Shown here: piece by piece, positions 17,091 to 26,693 of the stretch
Numbering within the stretch: position 1 is the stretch's first letter
How the letters are laid out: every line of letters begins with the position of its first letter
Assembly (NCBI GenBank): GCA_934277865.1
Contig: CAKQVW010000002.1
Span: 1 to 43,061, forward strand
DNA from: an uncultured Pseudobdellovibrionaceae bacterium
Lineage (GTDB): Bacteria > Bdellovibrionota > Bdellovibrionia > Bdellovibrionales > JAMPXM01
Length of the DNA stretch: 43,061 bases
Reading direction: 5' to 3'
Translations under genes and position numbers: made by a program
Notes under the pieces: model-generated
Told to the model about the DNA's origin: nothing
The model's database searches: none
The model's input: the letters and a program-made list of their open reading frames with translations, nothing else

Positions 17091-19085
17091 CTACCTCGGT
17101 CCTATGCACATCATCTCGATATACCCATCCTGAGCGGACCCGGTGGGGGTATATGTTCGGACGGTGGAACTTGAAGTCGTGGAATTATAGGCGGAACAGT
17201 GTCCGTCGAGTGAGCCTACTGTCGAACAAGTGCAAACCGGCGTTCCTGAAAAAGTTCCCGCATTAAAGTTGGCTTGGTATCCGCCAGTGCCTGAACGCGT
17301 GATGCTCGTAAAGTCACCGGACTGCGCTCCGATAGTGCAAGGGTTGGACGAGCAAACCGACTTAACACTGGCCCAAATCATTCTCGCACCATTAGCTACC
17401 GAGCTACTCACGCTGTTCGCGAGGATGGCTGTCGTGTAGCCAAAATGCTCTGTGACCTTGATGTAACCCGAACCGCCAGCTCCACCGTTACGAGTACCTG
17501 TACCCGCTGCGCCTGCGGCTCCGACCGTGTATGAAGCAGAACCACTCGGTGCTACACGATGCCATGTGATGTCTGCACCGGCGGAACCGCCTGCGCCAGC
17601 GTAGTATGCACCAGCATCAGCGGCGCCACCCGCGCCACCCGAGCCAGTGTTTGCTTGGGCCGCCGCGCCTGAAGCTTCGTATAAACCAAGCCCAGCTCCC
17701 CCAAGACGTGATTGAGCGCCATCACCACCCTGAGTATGGAGCGACCCTACGCTACCGTCTGTCACTGTACCAGCGGAACCACGGGCGCCACCACGACACA
17801 TGAATGTCTCATTTGTGGTACAGGGTACCGCTGTGGCTGCTCCTGGGATTCCAGCGCCAACTGATGATCCGCCGCCACCCGCGCCACCTGGCGCGTTCAC
17901 GCCGTCAAAGGTAGTAGTTCCACCTGTGCCACCTGCTGTGGATGCAGCGCCCGCCCCACCACCGCCGCCGCCACCGCCGATGATCTCGATGGTCGCGTAA
18001 GTGACCCCGTTCGACCACGTGTGCGTTCCGCTGCCAGAGAGGTAGTTCGTAACTTTTGGTGCGCGCTGCTGCTCAGGCGTCACGCACTGAGAGGCTGTCC
18101 AGCCTACGATTGGGACTCCCGAGAGTTCCACGTCAATCCAATCTCCAGAAACAAACGCGAAGGGGGCAACTTGAGTTACTGCAACGGCCTGCCCTGCGCT
18201 TTCGTATTGCACGATTACTGAGGTAGTCGTGTACGCGGCGGACAAACCTACATAGGAGCCTACAGATGAATCAGCAAGTCTAGATGACTGAAACGGTCTG
18301 TAGTTTGAGATGTTGCCGCCTGGAATCTTATTAACGTCAATCACGTGACCCGACGGTAGGCCGAGTGTCGGCGTGGACCACGTACCAGGAGAACCAGTAA
18401 ACAGGATTCTAAACTTATAACTGGCGGTGTCCCCGTTTCGTTTCCAGAATCCAGCAACCGTGTAATTGGTTAAAGTTCCTGATAGCGATGAAACACTGGG
18501 CGTAAAGCTTACCAACGGCGTATCAACACCGCACTGTGCGACTGTTCGAGCGTAACCCGCATAACCGCTATCAAGTTGAATCGCAGGTTCGTTGGACGCA
18601 ACAGACCTCAAGCACACCCGAGCTTGGTTACTGGCCGCTGCGGTACATGGGAACTCAACGTCGTGGCGCCACGCGGCTGTGCTTGAAACTACGTCCTCAA
18701 TAGCCAGGTCTTTCGACCCATCCTTTGCCACGATTTTGTGCGTGGCTGTTCCGCTCGGAACTTTGTAGGTCAGCGAGACCGCGCAGTTTCCGCTCTCTGG
18801 GACTTTCACCAACGCCGAGCAAACCTCTTGATCGCTCGATGTCGAGTCCCAAACAGCAAATTGCTTTGAGCCAGGAATAAATTGCGAGGCCGCATTGGAG
18901 TTTATCGTCAAGGCTGGCGAACCACTCCACTTAACGGTACCCGACTCAAACCCAGGGTTTTGATCGGCGAGCGCATTGACGTGACTCAGCTCCTGCCGGT
19001 CGTACGCCGTTAGTGCCGCCGCTGAAATCGACAGCGTGGCGATCGCATAGGCAGTGATTGCGATTGTCGCTATAGTCCGTCTCAT
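17091..19085 (-). CDS. Glycine-rich fibre-like protein with an N-terminal Sec-type signal peptide and a CBM-like region
   Basis: MRRTIATIAITAYAIATLSISAAALTA, then NPGFESGTVKW, then IEIIGGGGGGGGAG...GGAGGGG tracts. ATGA-coupled to the upstream fibre gene. Confidence 0.8.
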   Translation of the reverse strand: MRRTIATIAITAYAIATLSISAAALTAYDRQELSHVNALADQNPGFESGTVKWSGSPALTINSNAASQFIPGSKQFAVWDSTSSDQEVCSALVKVPESGNCAVSLTYKVPSGTATHKIVAKDGSKDLAIEDVVSSTAAWRHDVEFPCTAAASNQARVCLRSVASNEPAIQLDSGYAGYARTVAQCGVDTPLVSFTPSVSSLSGTLTNYTVAGFWKRNGDTASYKFRILFTGSPGTWSTPTLGLPSGHVIDVNKIPGGNISNYRPFQSSRLADSSVGSYVGLSAAYTTTSVIVQYESAGQAVAVTQVAPFAFVSGDWIDVELSGVPIVGWTASQCVTPEQQRAPKVTNYLSGSGTHTWSNGVTYATIEIIGGGGGGGGAGAASTAGGTGGTTTFDGVNAPGGAGGGGSSVGAGIPGAATAVPCTTNETFMCRGGARGSAGTVTDGSVGSLHTQGGDGAQSRLGGAGLGLYEASGAAAQANTGSGGAGGAADAGAYYAGAGGSAGADITWHRVAPSGSASYTVGAAGAAGTGTRNGGAGGSGYIKVTEHFGYTTAILANSVSSSVANGARMIWASVKSVCSSNPCTIGAQSGDFTSITRSGTGGYQANFNAGTFSGTPVCTCSTVGSLDGHCSAYNSTTSSSTVRTYTPTGSAQDGYIEMMCIGPR

Positions 19086-20209
19086 ACTTCAGAAACCTCC
19101 GTGGAATTCAACAGGATCTTGGCTGTGTCAGTTGAAGTGTCGCCAGAAATCTGGCGACGAAGCTCGACAAGAATGGTGTCCCCTGGCGAAACCGCTTCCC
19201 CGTTTATCTCGCCGTCACTCGAAGTAAGATCGAAAGCGAGGATCGTCGGCTTCGATGCTGTTCCGGCGCCAGTGGTGAATGGATCGTTAGTTGACGTCCG
19301 CTGGTTTGACGTAGAAGAGATCAGGTCCACGTCGGTTCTGATTAGCGTAGCTAGTGTTTTGAAATTGATGTCGCCAGTTGTTGATGCTGATACAAGCTTA
19401 ACTCGCATCACCAGCTGCGCACCTGCAGAGTACCCGAGAGGCACATCGACTGCGCAAATTAGCACTTGCTCTAGACCGGCTGCGAATTCCGCAACCTTGC
19501 GGCCAAATTCGTAGGAATAAAGTGGCGCGTTTGCTTCTTCAATCCAAGTAATCCCGCCACCAGCTCCACCGCCACCAGACCCGACCGGAATCACCTTGTC
19601 CCCGAGATCGAGGATCAGCTTCTTCTGGTCGGTCGCGTAGGTCAGAGAGGCTTCGACTCTATCTAGGCTTTCAATGTTTTCCCTGGTCTCTTTCGGGACT
19701 AGCCATACTCTTGAATTAGAGGCTACTCCACCATTGAGAAACTTATTTGTTAGCACCTGAGCGTCGCTCGTTCCAACGATGGCGCCAGAAACTCCATGCG
19801 TTGCAGTAGCAGCAGCGTGGAGAGCCAGCGCTGCATCTGATTCCATGATCTTCCACACTGAACCGTCGAAGATATATGTGGCTTGGTTGCCATCGCCGTC
19901 GTCGTCAACAAGGGCGACGTCTCCCTCTTCGACCTCCAGCTCGTCTCGTGCGGAAATGTCTGCAACCACGTGCACAGAAGTTATGGCGATCGCAGGAACC
20001 TGCTCGATTGGAACTTTCCCGTTCGCATCCAGCGCCGCTAGTCCGTTTGCTTGACCACGCTTTGTCGCAAGCTCCACGATCGCAGCTTGAACATTGATTC
20101 CAACCAACCCAGCATCTGGCGAGAACGTGATGTGACTCGCAGGAATACCTGTAAGAGTCGGTTCAAGGGATGAGGTGAAGCCATCTGCGAAATCAAGAAT
20201 TCTTGCCAT
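19082..20209 (-). CDS. Tail fibre protein
   Basis: Fibre motifs GQANGLAALDANGKVPIEQVP and THGVSGAIVGTSDAQVLTNK. Confidence 0.8.
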   Translation of the reverse strand: MARILDFADGFTSSLEPTLTGIPASHITFSPDAGLVGINVQAAIVELATKRGQANGLAALDANGKVPIEQVPAIAITSVHVVADISARDELEVEEGDVALVDDDGDGNQATYIFDGSVWKIMESDAALALHAAATATHGVSGAIVGTSDAQVLTNKFLNGGVASNSRVWLVPKETRENIESLDRVEASLTYATDQKKLILDLGDKVIPVGSGGGGAGGGITWIEEANAPLYSYEFGRKVAEFAAGLEQVLICAVDVPLGYSAGAQLVMRVKLVSASTTGDINFKTLATLIRTDVDLISSTSNQRTSTNDPFTTGAGTASKPTILAFDLTSSDGEINGEAVSPGDTILVELRRQISGDTSTDTAKILLNSTEVSEV

Positions 20210-20215
20210 ATCGAA

Positions 20216-20647
20216 TCACCTTTGAGCTTTCGCCCACATCTCATATCTGAGTGGCGCCAACAAGAGCGCATCCGAATAGTCGTAGTCGGCCGGGTATGTT
20301 TTGAAATCGAAGTCCGTGCACCAGCCAACCCAGTTGGTTTCTGAAAACTCGTAATCCTGCGCCTTAAGAACGAGCGAGTAGACCGAGTTTGCCGCGAGCT
20401 GTGCTATCAAGCTGAAGCGAATGAGCCCATGAAAGAACTCTCCAGGTATGTCAGACACGAGCACCGGCTCTGATTCCGCAACAAGACCCCGATCGTTTTC
20501 AATCGAAAGAATGACCTTCTCGGCCGTGAACAGACTTTGCTTGTGCACATATAGGTGCGGCCGAACGGCTACGATGTTCGTCACCCTATCTGGTGTCTTC
20601 ATGACCTGGCGGAGCTCGGTGACGAGTTCGTGCACATGCAACTTCAT
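20216..20647 (-). CDS. Hypothetical tail protein (143 aa)
   Basis: ATG 20647 (MKLHVHEL) forms an ATGA overlap with the upstream stop. Confidence 0.65.
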   Translation of the reverse strand: MKLHVHELVTELRQVMKTPDRVTNIVAVRPHLYVHKQSLFTAEKVILSIENDRGLVAESEPVLVSDIPGEFFHGLIRFSLIAQLAANSVYSLVLKAQDYEFSETNWVGWCTDFDFKTYPADYDYSDALLLAPLRYEMWAKAQR

Positions 20648-21690
20648 CCTTCCTCCGAAATCGAGAGTCCGCTTCCAAAATTGTCGCGCCACTTGTGACC
20701 GATGCCGACCTCAGAAGCCAGGCGTCCGTAGATCGCGCAGAAGCCTGCATTGAACAGAGATTCCATCTCATCAAGCGTTATGAAAACGGTCTCATGCGAG
20801 CCGACGCCGGCAAACGCTTCGAGAAGAGCTTCTGTTTCCTCGAGCGTTAGGAGGTCGAATTGGAAGTTTAGAACCTTCTGCTTAGGGAATCTGTTCACGA
20901 ATCCTTGCAGGGTTTTGTTCCTCTCGACTTCGGATCCATCTAAGACTTTGAAGTCAAATCCGTTCGAAATGAATGTCAGTAGCGCATCCGCTTTTGCAAT
21001 AATCGGGACTCCGAGCTCCACGAACCCGTGTTGGTTTCGTGGGTCAGTGATCTCGATCTGCCAATAGCGGAAAGAAACGGCCGCGAAGTGGTGCTGCGCG
21101 ACCTCGTTCTTGTCGTCGAACTCGAGGATCTCTTCAAACGCCGGCGACGCCCACTCGTTCGTGGCGTTCGCCTTGATCTTGATCACAGCCGAATCTGAAA
21201 GCTTGTACTTGGCAATGGGCCAGAGCAACACGACGGAATCGATCTCCTCGGAGGTTCGCATATCAAATGTGATTGTTTCCGATGTGTGGATCGCTGGGAG
21301 TGCGCCCTCGAATTCGAGACCTGTCCCGCCGGCCGTGAAACCCAATGCTTCCAAGAAAGGTGTGAGCTCTAAAGTGATCTCGTTCTCGGCCGCCAGCGTC
21401 CACCGAAATGAAGTCTGACTGTAGGTGACGGCGAAAGTCGGATCGTAGGCTTGGAGCTTGGCCTCGATCTCAGCACGAAGCTCTTCTGTGTTAAAGGCTC
21501 CGTCATCGATTTCGATCACTTCAGAATCAACGTTTATAGTAGCATCTACTATAACCCAATGTCCCGAGCTCCTCCATGTCTTAGCCCTGTGCTGGTGCTT
21601 CAAATTAGCAACAGGAAAGAATGGGTCTTCCGACGTCGCCATGATGATCGTTTGCGGCGACCTGGAGAGCACAGAATGAATCAGCTTCAT
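20644..21690 (-). CDS. Tail protein directly after the tape measure (distal-tail-protein position)
   Basis: 348 aa with an ATGA overlap with the tape-measure stop. The call is based on position only. Confidence 0.7.
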   Translation of the reverse strand: MKLIHSVLSRSPQTIIMATSEDPFFPVANLKHQHRAKTWRSSGHWVIVDATINVDSEVIEIDDGAFNTEELRAEIEAKLQAYDPTFAVTYSQTSFRWTLAAENEITLELTPFLEALGFTAGGTGLEFEGALPAIHTSETITFDMRTSEEIDSVVLLWPIAKYKLSDSAVIKIKANATNEWASPAFEEILEFDDKNEVAQHHFAAVSFRYWQIEITDPRNQHGFVELGVPIIAKADALLTFISNGFDFKVLDGSEVERNKTLQGFVNRFPKQKVLNFQFDLLTLEETEALLEAFAGVGSHETVFITLDEMESLFNAGFCAIYGRLASEVGIGHKWRDNFGSGLSISEEG

Positions 21691-23900
21691 GCGATCATCC
21701 TTCCTGCGCTCAAACCATCACGGACAACTGCGACAATATTTTTCCCGTCGATCTGAATCACTTGTCCACCGCGAAGGAGCGATGCAATTTCGCTCAGATA
21801 CGCAAGCGTATTGCCAGCAAGTCCACCGCCGTTGATCTGCGAAAATAGAGCCGACTGCTGTTGCCGATTGAGAATCATTTCTCCAGAGTTGACTCGAGCT
21901 GTGACGCGATCGCCGACATAGCTTGAACCAGGAACGATACCACCAGTGGCAAAGGACGGCGCTTGCTGATTGGCGATATTACGAATCTGGATTCCAGTCT
22001 GAAGAGCCATTGCGGCGCCGGCGGCAAGGTTTAGTGGAAAGGGACCGCCGGTCGCAAACGCATTCTGGACAGCTTGAAAACCTTTGATCGTAGCTTCTGA
22101 TAAAGAAAAAGCCTTCGCCATCTCAAAACCTTCACGACCAGCCGACGAGGCGATCGACGATAGGCTGCCAAACAAGTTTGCAGTGTCCGTGATCTTCTGT
22201 TCCCTATCCTTTTTCTCTTGTTCCTCTTTCTTCTTATTGATTTCGATAACCTTCTTTGTGAAATCGAGCTGAAGCTGGCTCGACTTATCCTGGTATGCTT
22301 GCTCGATATTTAGCAGTGCATCGTGTTTTGCCTGTTCACTGAGTGTCGATTGGCTGACGCGCTCAAGATCGGCTGCCTTGGCTTCTTCTTGGATCTCCCG
22401 CTGTCGCTCGACATAAGATGCTTCGCGATCGAGCTTTGCTTGGTAGTTAACTTCATCGCCAGTCAGCTCGATCAAGCCCTGCTCTTCATAAGCTAGCTTC
22501 GCGGCCTCAAGCTTTCGCTTATTTATCTCATCGCTTGAGTTCTGCGCGTCGGCGAGCTTTTGCACCCAATCGTTTGTCGATTTGGTTCGAGCCTGTGATT
22601 CTTCGTCGATAGCCTGCCGAACCGCGGCTGAGTTGTTTTCAACAGCCTGTCGGTTTTGATCACTTGCTGCCCGTTCGGCATCGTATGCAGCCCGCGCCTC
22701 TTGTGCCTTTGCGCGATATGCGGCGGCCTCTGCCTCGAGAGACTTCGCCACGCCGCTCGCGCCAAGCGCGGCACTGGCCTTCGCGGAAAACTCTAAAGTT
22801 GCAGCTAGAGCGTTGTAGGCGCTCGCTTTGATCGCATCCCAGTGTCGAACAACCGCGAAAACAGCCGCGCCTGTTGCGGCGATCGCGGCAATCGCGACAC
22901 CAACAGGACCAGTAATAGCTGTCCAAGCAACTGATGCGGCCGTAGAAAGTGCGGCGAAATTTGCTGTCGCGAAAATTACCTTGGCTGCAACCGCAGTTAA
23001 GCCAACAGCGGCTGTCGCAAATCCCATTGCTAAGATCTCAAGGTAATCACCGTTGCGCTTTGCCCATCCGCCAAAACTCTCAAGAGCTTCAGCGGTGGAA
23101 GTCAAAATCTTGGCAAATGTACCCATGGCCCCAAGGATCGCTGGGTTCTGAGTTATCAAGCCGCCGATCGCTTCGTACACTTTGTTCGAAGCGTCGGTAA
23201 TCTTCTTTTGTGAACCTTCAAACGTATTTGCTCGCGCGGCCGCGTGGCCCTGGCGAGCTTCAAGCGTTGCCAAGATCGACTCGAAATTTTGTACCTTCGT
23301 TCCGCTGGAGTCGAACTCGATGCCGAGCTTTTGAATTGCCGTCGTGTTTCCGCGCGAGGCTTTCGCCAGCGCCTCGGTCGCTGTTCCAAGATCCACATCA
23401 TAAGTAGCGGCCAACTCGGTTGCTGCCTGAATCGTACGCTCTATGCCATCTTTATTAAGGCTCGTCATCGACGTAAGAAGAGCCGTGTTTTCAAGTACGG
23501 CTCCGCCGGTGTAAAGAGTCGTGGCCTCGATCTGGTCGGCGAGATCCTGAAAGGATTTTGAAGTCTCGGCTGAATACAAGCCGTTTTTAGAAAGCGCTAC
23601 GTTGAGCGCGTTAATCTCTCGTTCAGCACTGGAGGCTTCTTCGATAGCCTTTGTGTAGAGCTGACTCATCTGCTCACGCAAAAAGCCAACTGCATTACTG
23701 GCGGCGTTCGCCATTAAATTTCCGGCGAAAGATGACCAGGTTTTGTCCGACTTCAAAACTTTTTCATTGAAGCTTTGAAGAGCGGCCTGCGCCTGATCTG
23801 TAATGACGTCTAGTGAAACCTTGACGGAACTACGAGCGGACACGTATTGCCTCTTGTTTCCTAATTTCTTTGGCGCGATCTTCGGCAGAAAGCGCTTCAA
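21687..23900 (-). CDS. Tail tape measure protein
   Basis: 737 aa, Ala-rich and helical, with central TM-like Ala/Gly segments. Lies immediately downstream of the G/GT chaperone pair. Confidence 0.9.
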   Translation of the reverse strand: MKRFLPKIAPKKLGNKRQYVSARSSVKVSLDVITDQAQAALQSFNEKVLKSDKTWSSFAGNLMANAASNAVGFLREQMSQLYTKAIEEASSAEREINALNVALSKNGLYSAETSKSFQDLADQIEATTLYTGGAVLENTALLTSMTSLNKDGIERTIQAATELAATYDVDLGTATEALAKASRGNTTAIQKLGIEFDSSGTKVQNFESILATLEARQGHAAARANTFEGSQKKITDASNKVYEAIGGLITQNPAILGAMGTFAKILTSTAEALESFGGWAKRNGDYLEILAMGFATAAVGLTAVAAKVIFATANFAALSTAASVAWTAITGPVGVAIAAIAATGAAVFAVVRHWDAIKASAYNALAATLEFSAKASAALGASGVAKSLEAEAAAYRAKAQEARAAYDAERAASDQNRQAVENNSAAVRQAIDEESQARTKSTNDWVQKLADAQNSSDEINKRKLEAAKLAYEEQGLIELTGDEVNYQAKLDREASYVERQREIQEEAKAADLERVSQSTLSEQAKHDALLNIEQAYQDKSSQLQLDFTKKVIEINKKKEEQEKKDREQKITDTANLFGSLSSIASSAGREGFEMAKAFSLSEATIKGFQAVQNAFATGGPFPLNLAAGAAMALQTGIQIRNIANQQAPSFATGGIVPGSSYVGDRVTARVNSGEMILNRQQQSALFSQINGGGLAGNTLAYLSEIASLLRGGQVIQIDGKNIVAVVRDGLSAGRMIA

Positions 23901-24668
23901 TCAACTTTAAAATCTCGACAGTTCGCGCTGGCTGGGAATCTAGTGATCCCGCGTGCGGGTAAACTCTCCTCGCCTCAAAATCCCTGAAGGCTTCCATGTA
24001 AAAGTGGAAGCATGGAAACTCGTCGAAGCGTTCCCAATCAACTTTGAAAGTGAAAACGCCAAGAACGGTAACCGGTTGGAAATTGGCTCGAACATGCTCA
24101 TCAAAAGCCTTCAACTGCTCTTCGCTATACCGCGTGCGGTCGATCTGCCTTTTGGCAGGTGACGAACGGCGCTTCCACGAAGCGATGATCTGAATCATTT
24201 CCAGAGCCGACAGCGAAGACATAGCGCCCACTTTTTGGGACAAATACTCCGCTACTGGTGGACCGATTACGGACTGTTCGTCGTCTCTTTTTTTTTCTCG
24301 ACCAGGAACACTCCGTCAGGGAGACCTCGCGGGATTCCCTGAAGAAAGCTCGCGATGTGATTCATAACCGGTTCAGTCACAGACATGTTTAACAACACGT
24401 CTAAACTTTCCCAAGAAAGTCGTCCGTCTTCGTCGAATGATGGTCGCCAAGGCTTGCCGTCTTCGTCTTCAAAGCCATTCACGTCTTTAATTGCATAGCG
24501 AAGCGTTTCGAAATTCGTTTTGAACGCCTCTTGCGGGTCCTTTAAAGCCGATGCTTTCCCCATCTTAGTCAAAATCTCGGACTTTTCTGGGAATGTAAGT
24601 GGCGAAACGACGAACTCAATCTCGTCAATTTTCAGAGTAATTCGTTCGCCAGGCTTGTAAATCCGCAT
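23830..24668 (-). CDS. Tail assembly chaperone frameshift fusion (gpGT-like), made by a -1 shift at 24288-24296
   Basis: The downstream ORF is in the -1 frame. That frame is open from the A9 run (...KKK RDDEQSVIGPPVAEYL SQKVGAMSS...) through to 23830. Confidence 0.7.
24267..24668 (-). CDS. Tail assembly chaperone (gpG-like)
   Basis: 133 aa, located between the major tail and tape measure genes. Ends ...LVEKKKETTNSP with an A9 run near its 3' end. Confidence 0.8.
   Translation of the reverse strand: MRIYKPGERITLKIDEIEFVVSPLTFPEKSEILTKMGKASALKDPQEAFKTNFETLRYAIKDVNGFEDEDGKPWRPSFDEDGRLSWESLDVLLNMSVTEPVMNHIASFLQGIPRGLPDGVFLVEKKKETTNSP
24288..24296 (-). other. Slippery A9 run (GAG AAA AAA AAA GAG), the programmed -1 frameshift site
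   Basis: Nine consecutive T on the plus strand. The A AAA AAA heptamer sits in the zero frame. Confidence 0.7.
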
Positions 24669-24773
24669 CGATGCCTCATCTAAGGTGAAAAAGGGCAGCT
24701 GTTCTCAGCCACCGAGCGCTCACTCTTTAATTGCCGAGCGCTAGCAACCCCGATTCGTGGGCTCGTTTCTAAA

Positions 24774-25940
24774 TCAAATGAAAGTCATGAAGCATTCGTC
24801 GATCGTTCCAGCTGACCCACGGTCGGCCGAGAAACTGATCGACTCCTTCATCAACCCTTCAGCGTCGGCATCCGACATCTCTGTCGCAAGACAGTTCGGC
24901 ATGTAGATCGCGACGACGCTCGCCTTCTCGCCCGCTGCACCAGGCAATGAAGCCAATGCGAAGAGAGAGAATGGCGTATTGGTTTTGAACTTCGTGAAGT
25001 TCGCGACCGAATCGTTAGCCGCATAGGGATCGATCGTTCCGGTGAAGGTCCGCTCTGTGACCCGCGAAGCCTTGCGGCCGTTCGGTGCGCATGTCGAAGT
25101 CTTGAACCCGATCGCATTCTCAAGATTCAACGACAACTCGTTGATGTCGATGCGTTGTCCGTCCATGAACACGCAAGCACCGAGAATGATCGGCGGCTTT
25201 TGTTCGCTGTACGTCGGTGTGTGAGCTTGCGTGTGCAAGTTCGAGTCGAAGTCCAGACCCGAAAGGCCAAAGGTCAATGATGGAACCCCCGAAACCGAGA
25301 AGTTCCCGAGCGCCATCGACGAGACCTTGGCTCCGACGATGTACTGTCGAACCGCTTTCTCAAAGTACCGAGTGACGGAAAGCGAGTCATGCCCGGACTC
25401 TGCGACGTGGTATGTCGTGAACTTCCCGATCATCACTCCTTCAGCAGGCGCCTCCGCCAGAGGAACCAAAAGAGTGAGTTCATCGTCTTCGAGGTCAACG
25501 CCGACGATAGGTGACACATGGTGTGCTCCCGGAACTTTTACAAGGACCGTGTCTCCGAAACTGAAAAGTGACGCATCCGCAACCTTCAACTTTTCAGTAG
25601 TTGAGCCGGAAGCAAGAGCGACTTCTGCCGCCAGAGATCTTTTGCCTCCAAACGCCGCCTTCAAGAGCTTGTCGAGTTCGGGCGCTTCTCCTTGTGTCAT
25701 CGCCGCTTTCCACTCGGCTGCGATCGTTCCGCCGGCCGTGAACATTCCAGTTCGCGGCGAGACTTTTCCGAGCGATCCAGTGAAGATGTTGCGCTCGACG
25801 GTTTCTTTTGATTTCGAAATTTCCGAACCGTCTCGTTGCACTTGAACGTATGAGGACGCGGAAGTCGGCGCCTTGTAGACACCTTCTGTGTCTTCGACCT
25901 CTACCGCCCATGCCTGACTTTTGGTTGCTACGTCACCCAT
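24774..25940 (-). CDS. Major tail protein (gpV position)
   Basis: 388 aa, located directly upstream of the chaperone pair and downstream of the gpU-like gene. The call is mainly by position. Confidence 0.65.
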   Translation of the reverse strand: MGDVATKSQAWAVEVEDTEGVYKAPTSASSYVQVQRDGSEISKSKETVERNIFTGSLGKVSPRTGMFTAGGTIAAEWKAAMTQGEAPELDKLLKAAFGGKRSLAAEVALASGSTTEKLKVADASLFSFGDTVLVKVPGAHHVSPIVGVDLEDDELTLLVPLAEAPAEGVMIGKFTTYHVAESGHDSLSVTRYFEKAVRQYIVGAKVSSMALGNFSVSGVPSLTFGLSGLDFDSNLHTQAHTPTYSEQKPPIILGACVFMDGQRIDINELSLNLENAIGFKTSTCAPNGRKASRVTERTFTGTIDPYAANDSVANFTKFKTNTPFSLFALASLPGAAGEKASVVAIYMPNCLATEMSDADAEGLMKESISFSADRGSAGTIDECFMTFI

Positions 25941-25948
25941 CTAGGACC

Positions 25949-26368
25949 TCACTTGATGTATTTGATTTCGAAATTGATTCGAGCGGCGCCAACCGCGGCT
26001 TGAACTGACTCACCTTCCAGCACGATCTCCGTGCTTAGATAAGCGATCCCTACCGCCAAGCCGCCGAGTTCTTGGTTCCCAAGAATTCGTTCTTCGATTG
26101 CATCCGAGATTTCATCGAGGTCATCGTCCAGGCCCGAATTCGCCTGGGCGATCACCTCTACGACCAAATTCATGGAACGGATGTAGCGGGAATTTGACGT
26201 GTCCCTCGGAACGGCATTCTCATCGCTCGTATAAATTGCCACTCCCGGGAGCTCCGACTTGTCGAAAAGCTCGATCCGGTTGGCGAAAACACCAACTACT
26301 TTCGGGATAGCAGGAGCCAGAAGTAAGGCCGCGATCGCGTCGCGTATGTCCTTCCTCTTCGAACTCAT
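25949..26368 (-). CDS. Tail terminator, lambda gpU-like
   Basis: 139 aa. The pattern ...IRDAIAALL...FANR...FDKSELPGVAIYTSDE...LVVEV...LDDDLDEISDAIEE... parallels lambda gpU. Confidence 0.65.
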   Translation of the reverse strand: MSSKRKDIRDAIAALLLAPAIPKVVGVFANRIELFDKSELPGVAIYTSDENAVPRDTSNSRYIRSMNLVVEVIAQANSGLDDDLDEISDAIEERILGNQELGGLAVGIAYLSTEIVLEGESVQAAVGAARINFEIKYIK

Positions 26369-26673
26369 GCGGATTTCTCCTTAACAACTAGCCGAACGAT
26401 TTCCCCTTCGGTTTCCTGAACGACTGCCACCTTGAAAACGATTGCCCCGCGTGTGATTTCGTCACCGCGTTTTGGTGCGGCGATGTCTCGCTTGGAAACT
26501 TCGCACAACATCTCATAGGTCGAGACCCCGTTAGTCTCGACCCACTCTTTGAAGAACACCGCTTTGACTGACTTGGTCGTCGACCCCGATTTGTAAGAAG
26601 CAGTTTCGCCGAAGAATCTCTGCGAAACTGCTTCGGCTCGCTTTGCGAACTTATCGAAAGCCGACGACATCAA
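26365..26673 (-). CDS. Head-tail joining protein, lambda gpFII-like
   Basis: 102 aa. FDKFAKRAEAVSQRFFGETASYKSG...RGDEITRG... parallels gpFII. Confidence 0.65.
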   Translation of the reverse strand: MMSSAFDKFAKRAEAVSQRFFGETASYKSGSTTKSVKAVFFKEWVETNGVSTYEMLCEVSKRDIAAPKRGDEITRGAIVFKVAVVQETEGEIVRLVVKEKSA

Positions 26674-26693
26674 ATCCTCTCAGCCAGTTCGGG

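Noticed and set aside
17800-18000. Proline-rich plus-strand ORF (…PPPPAPPGAF…PPPPPPPP)
   Set aside because: It is the reverse complement of the poly-Gly (GGN) tracts of the glycine-rich fibre gene, which makes it a frame artefact.
25231-25845. 204-aa plus-strand ORF
   Set aside because: It is antisense to the major tail gene, and no independent signals support it.
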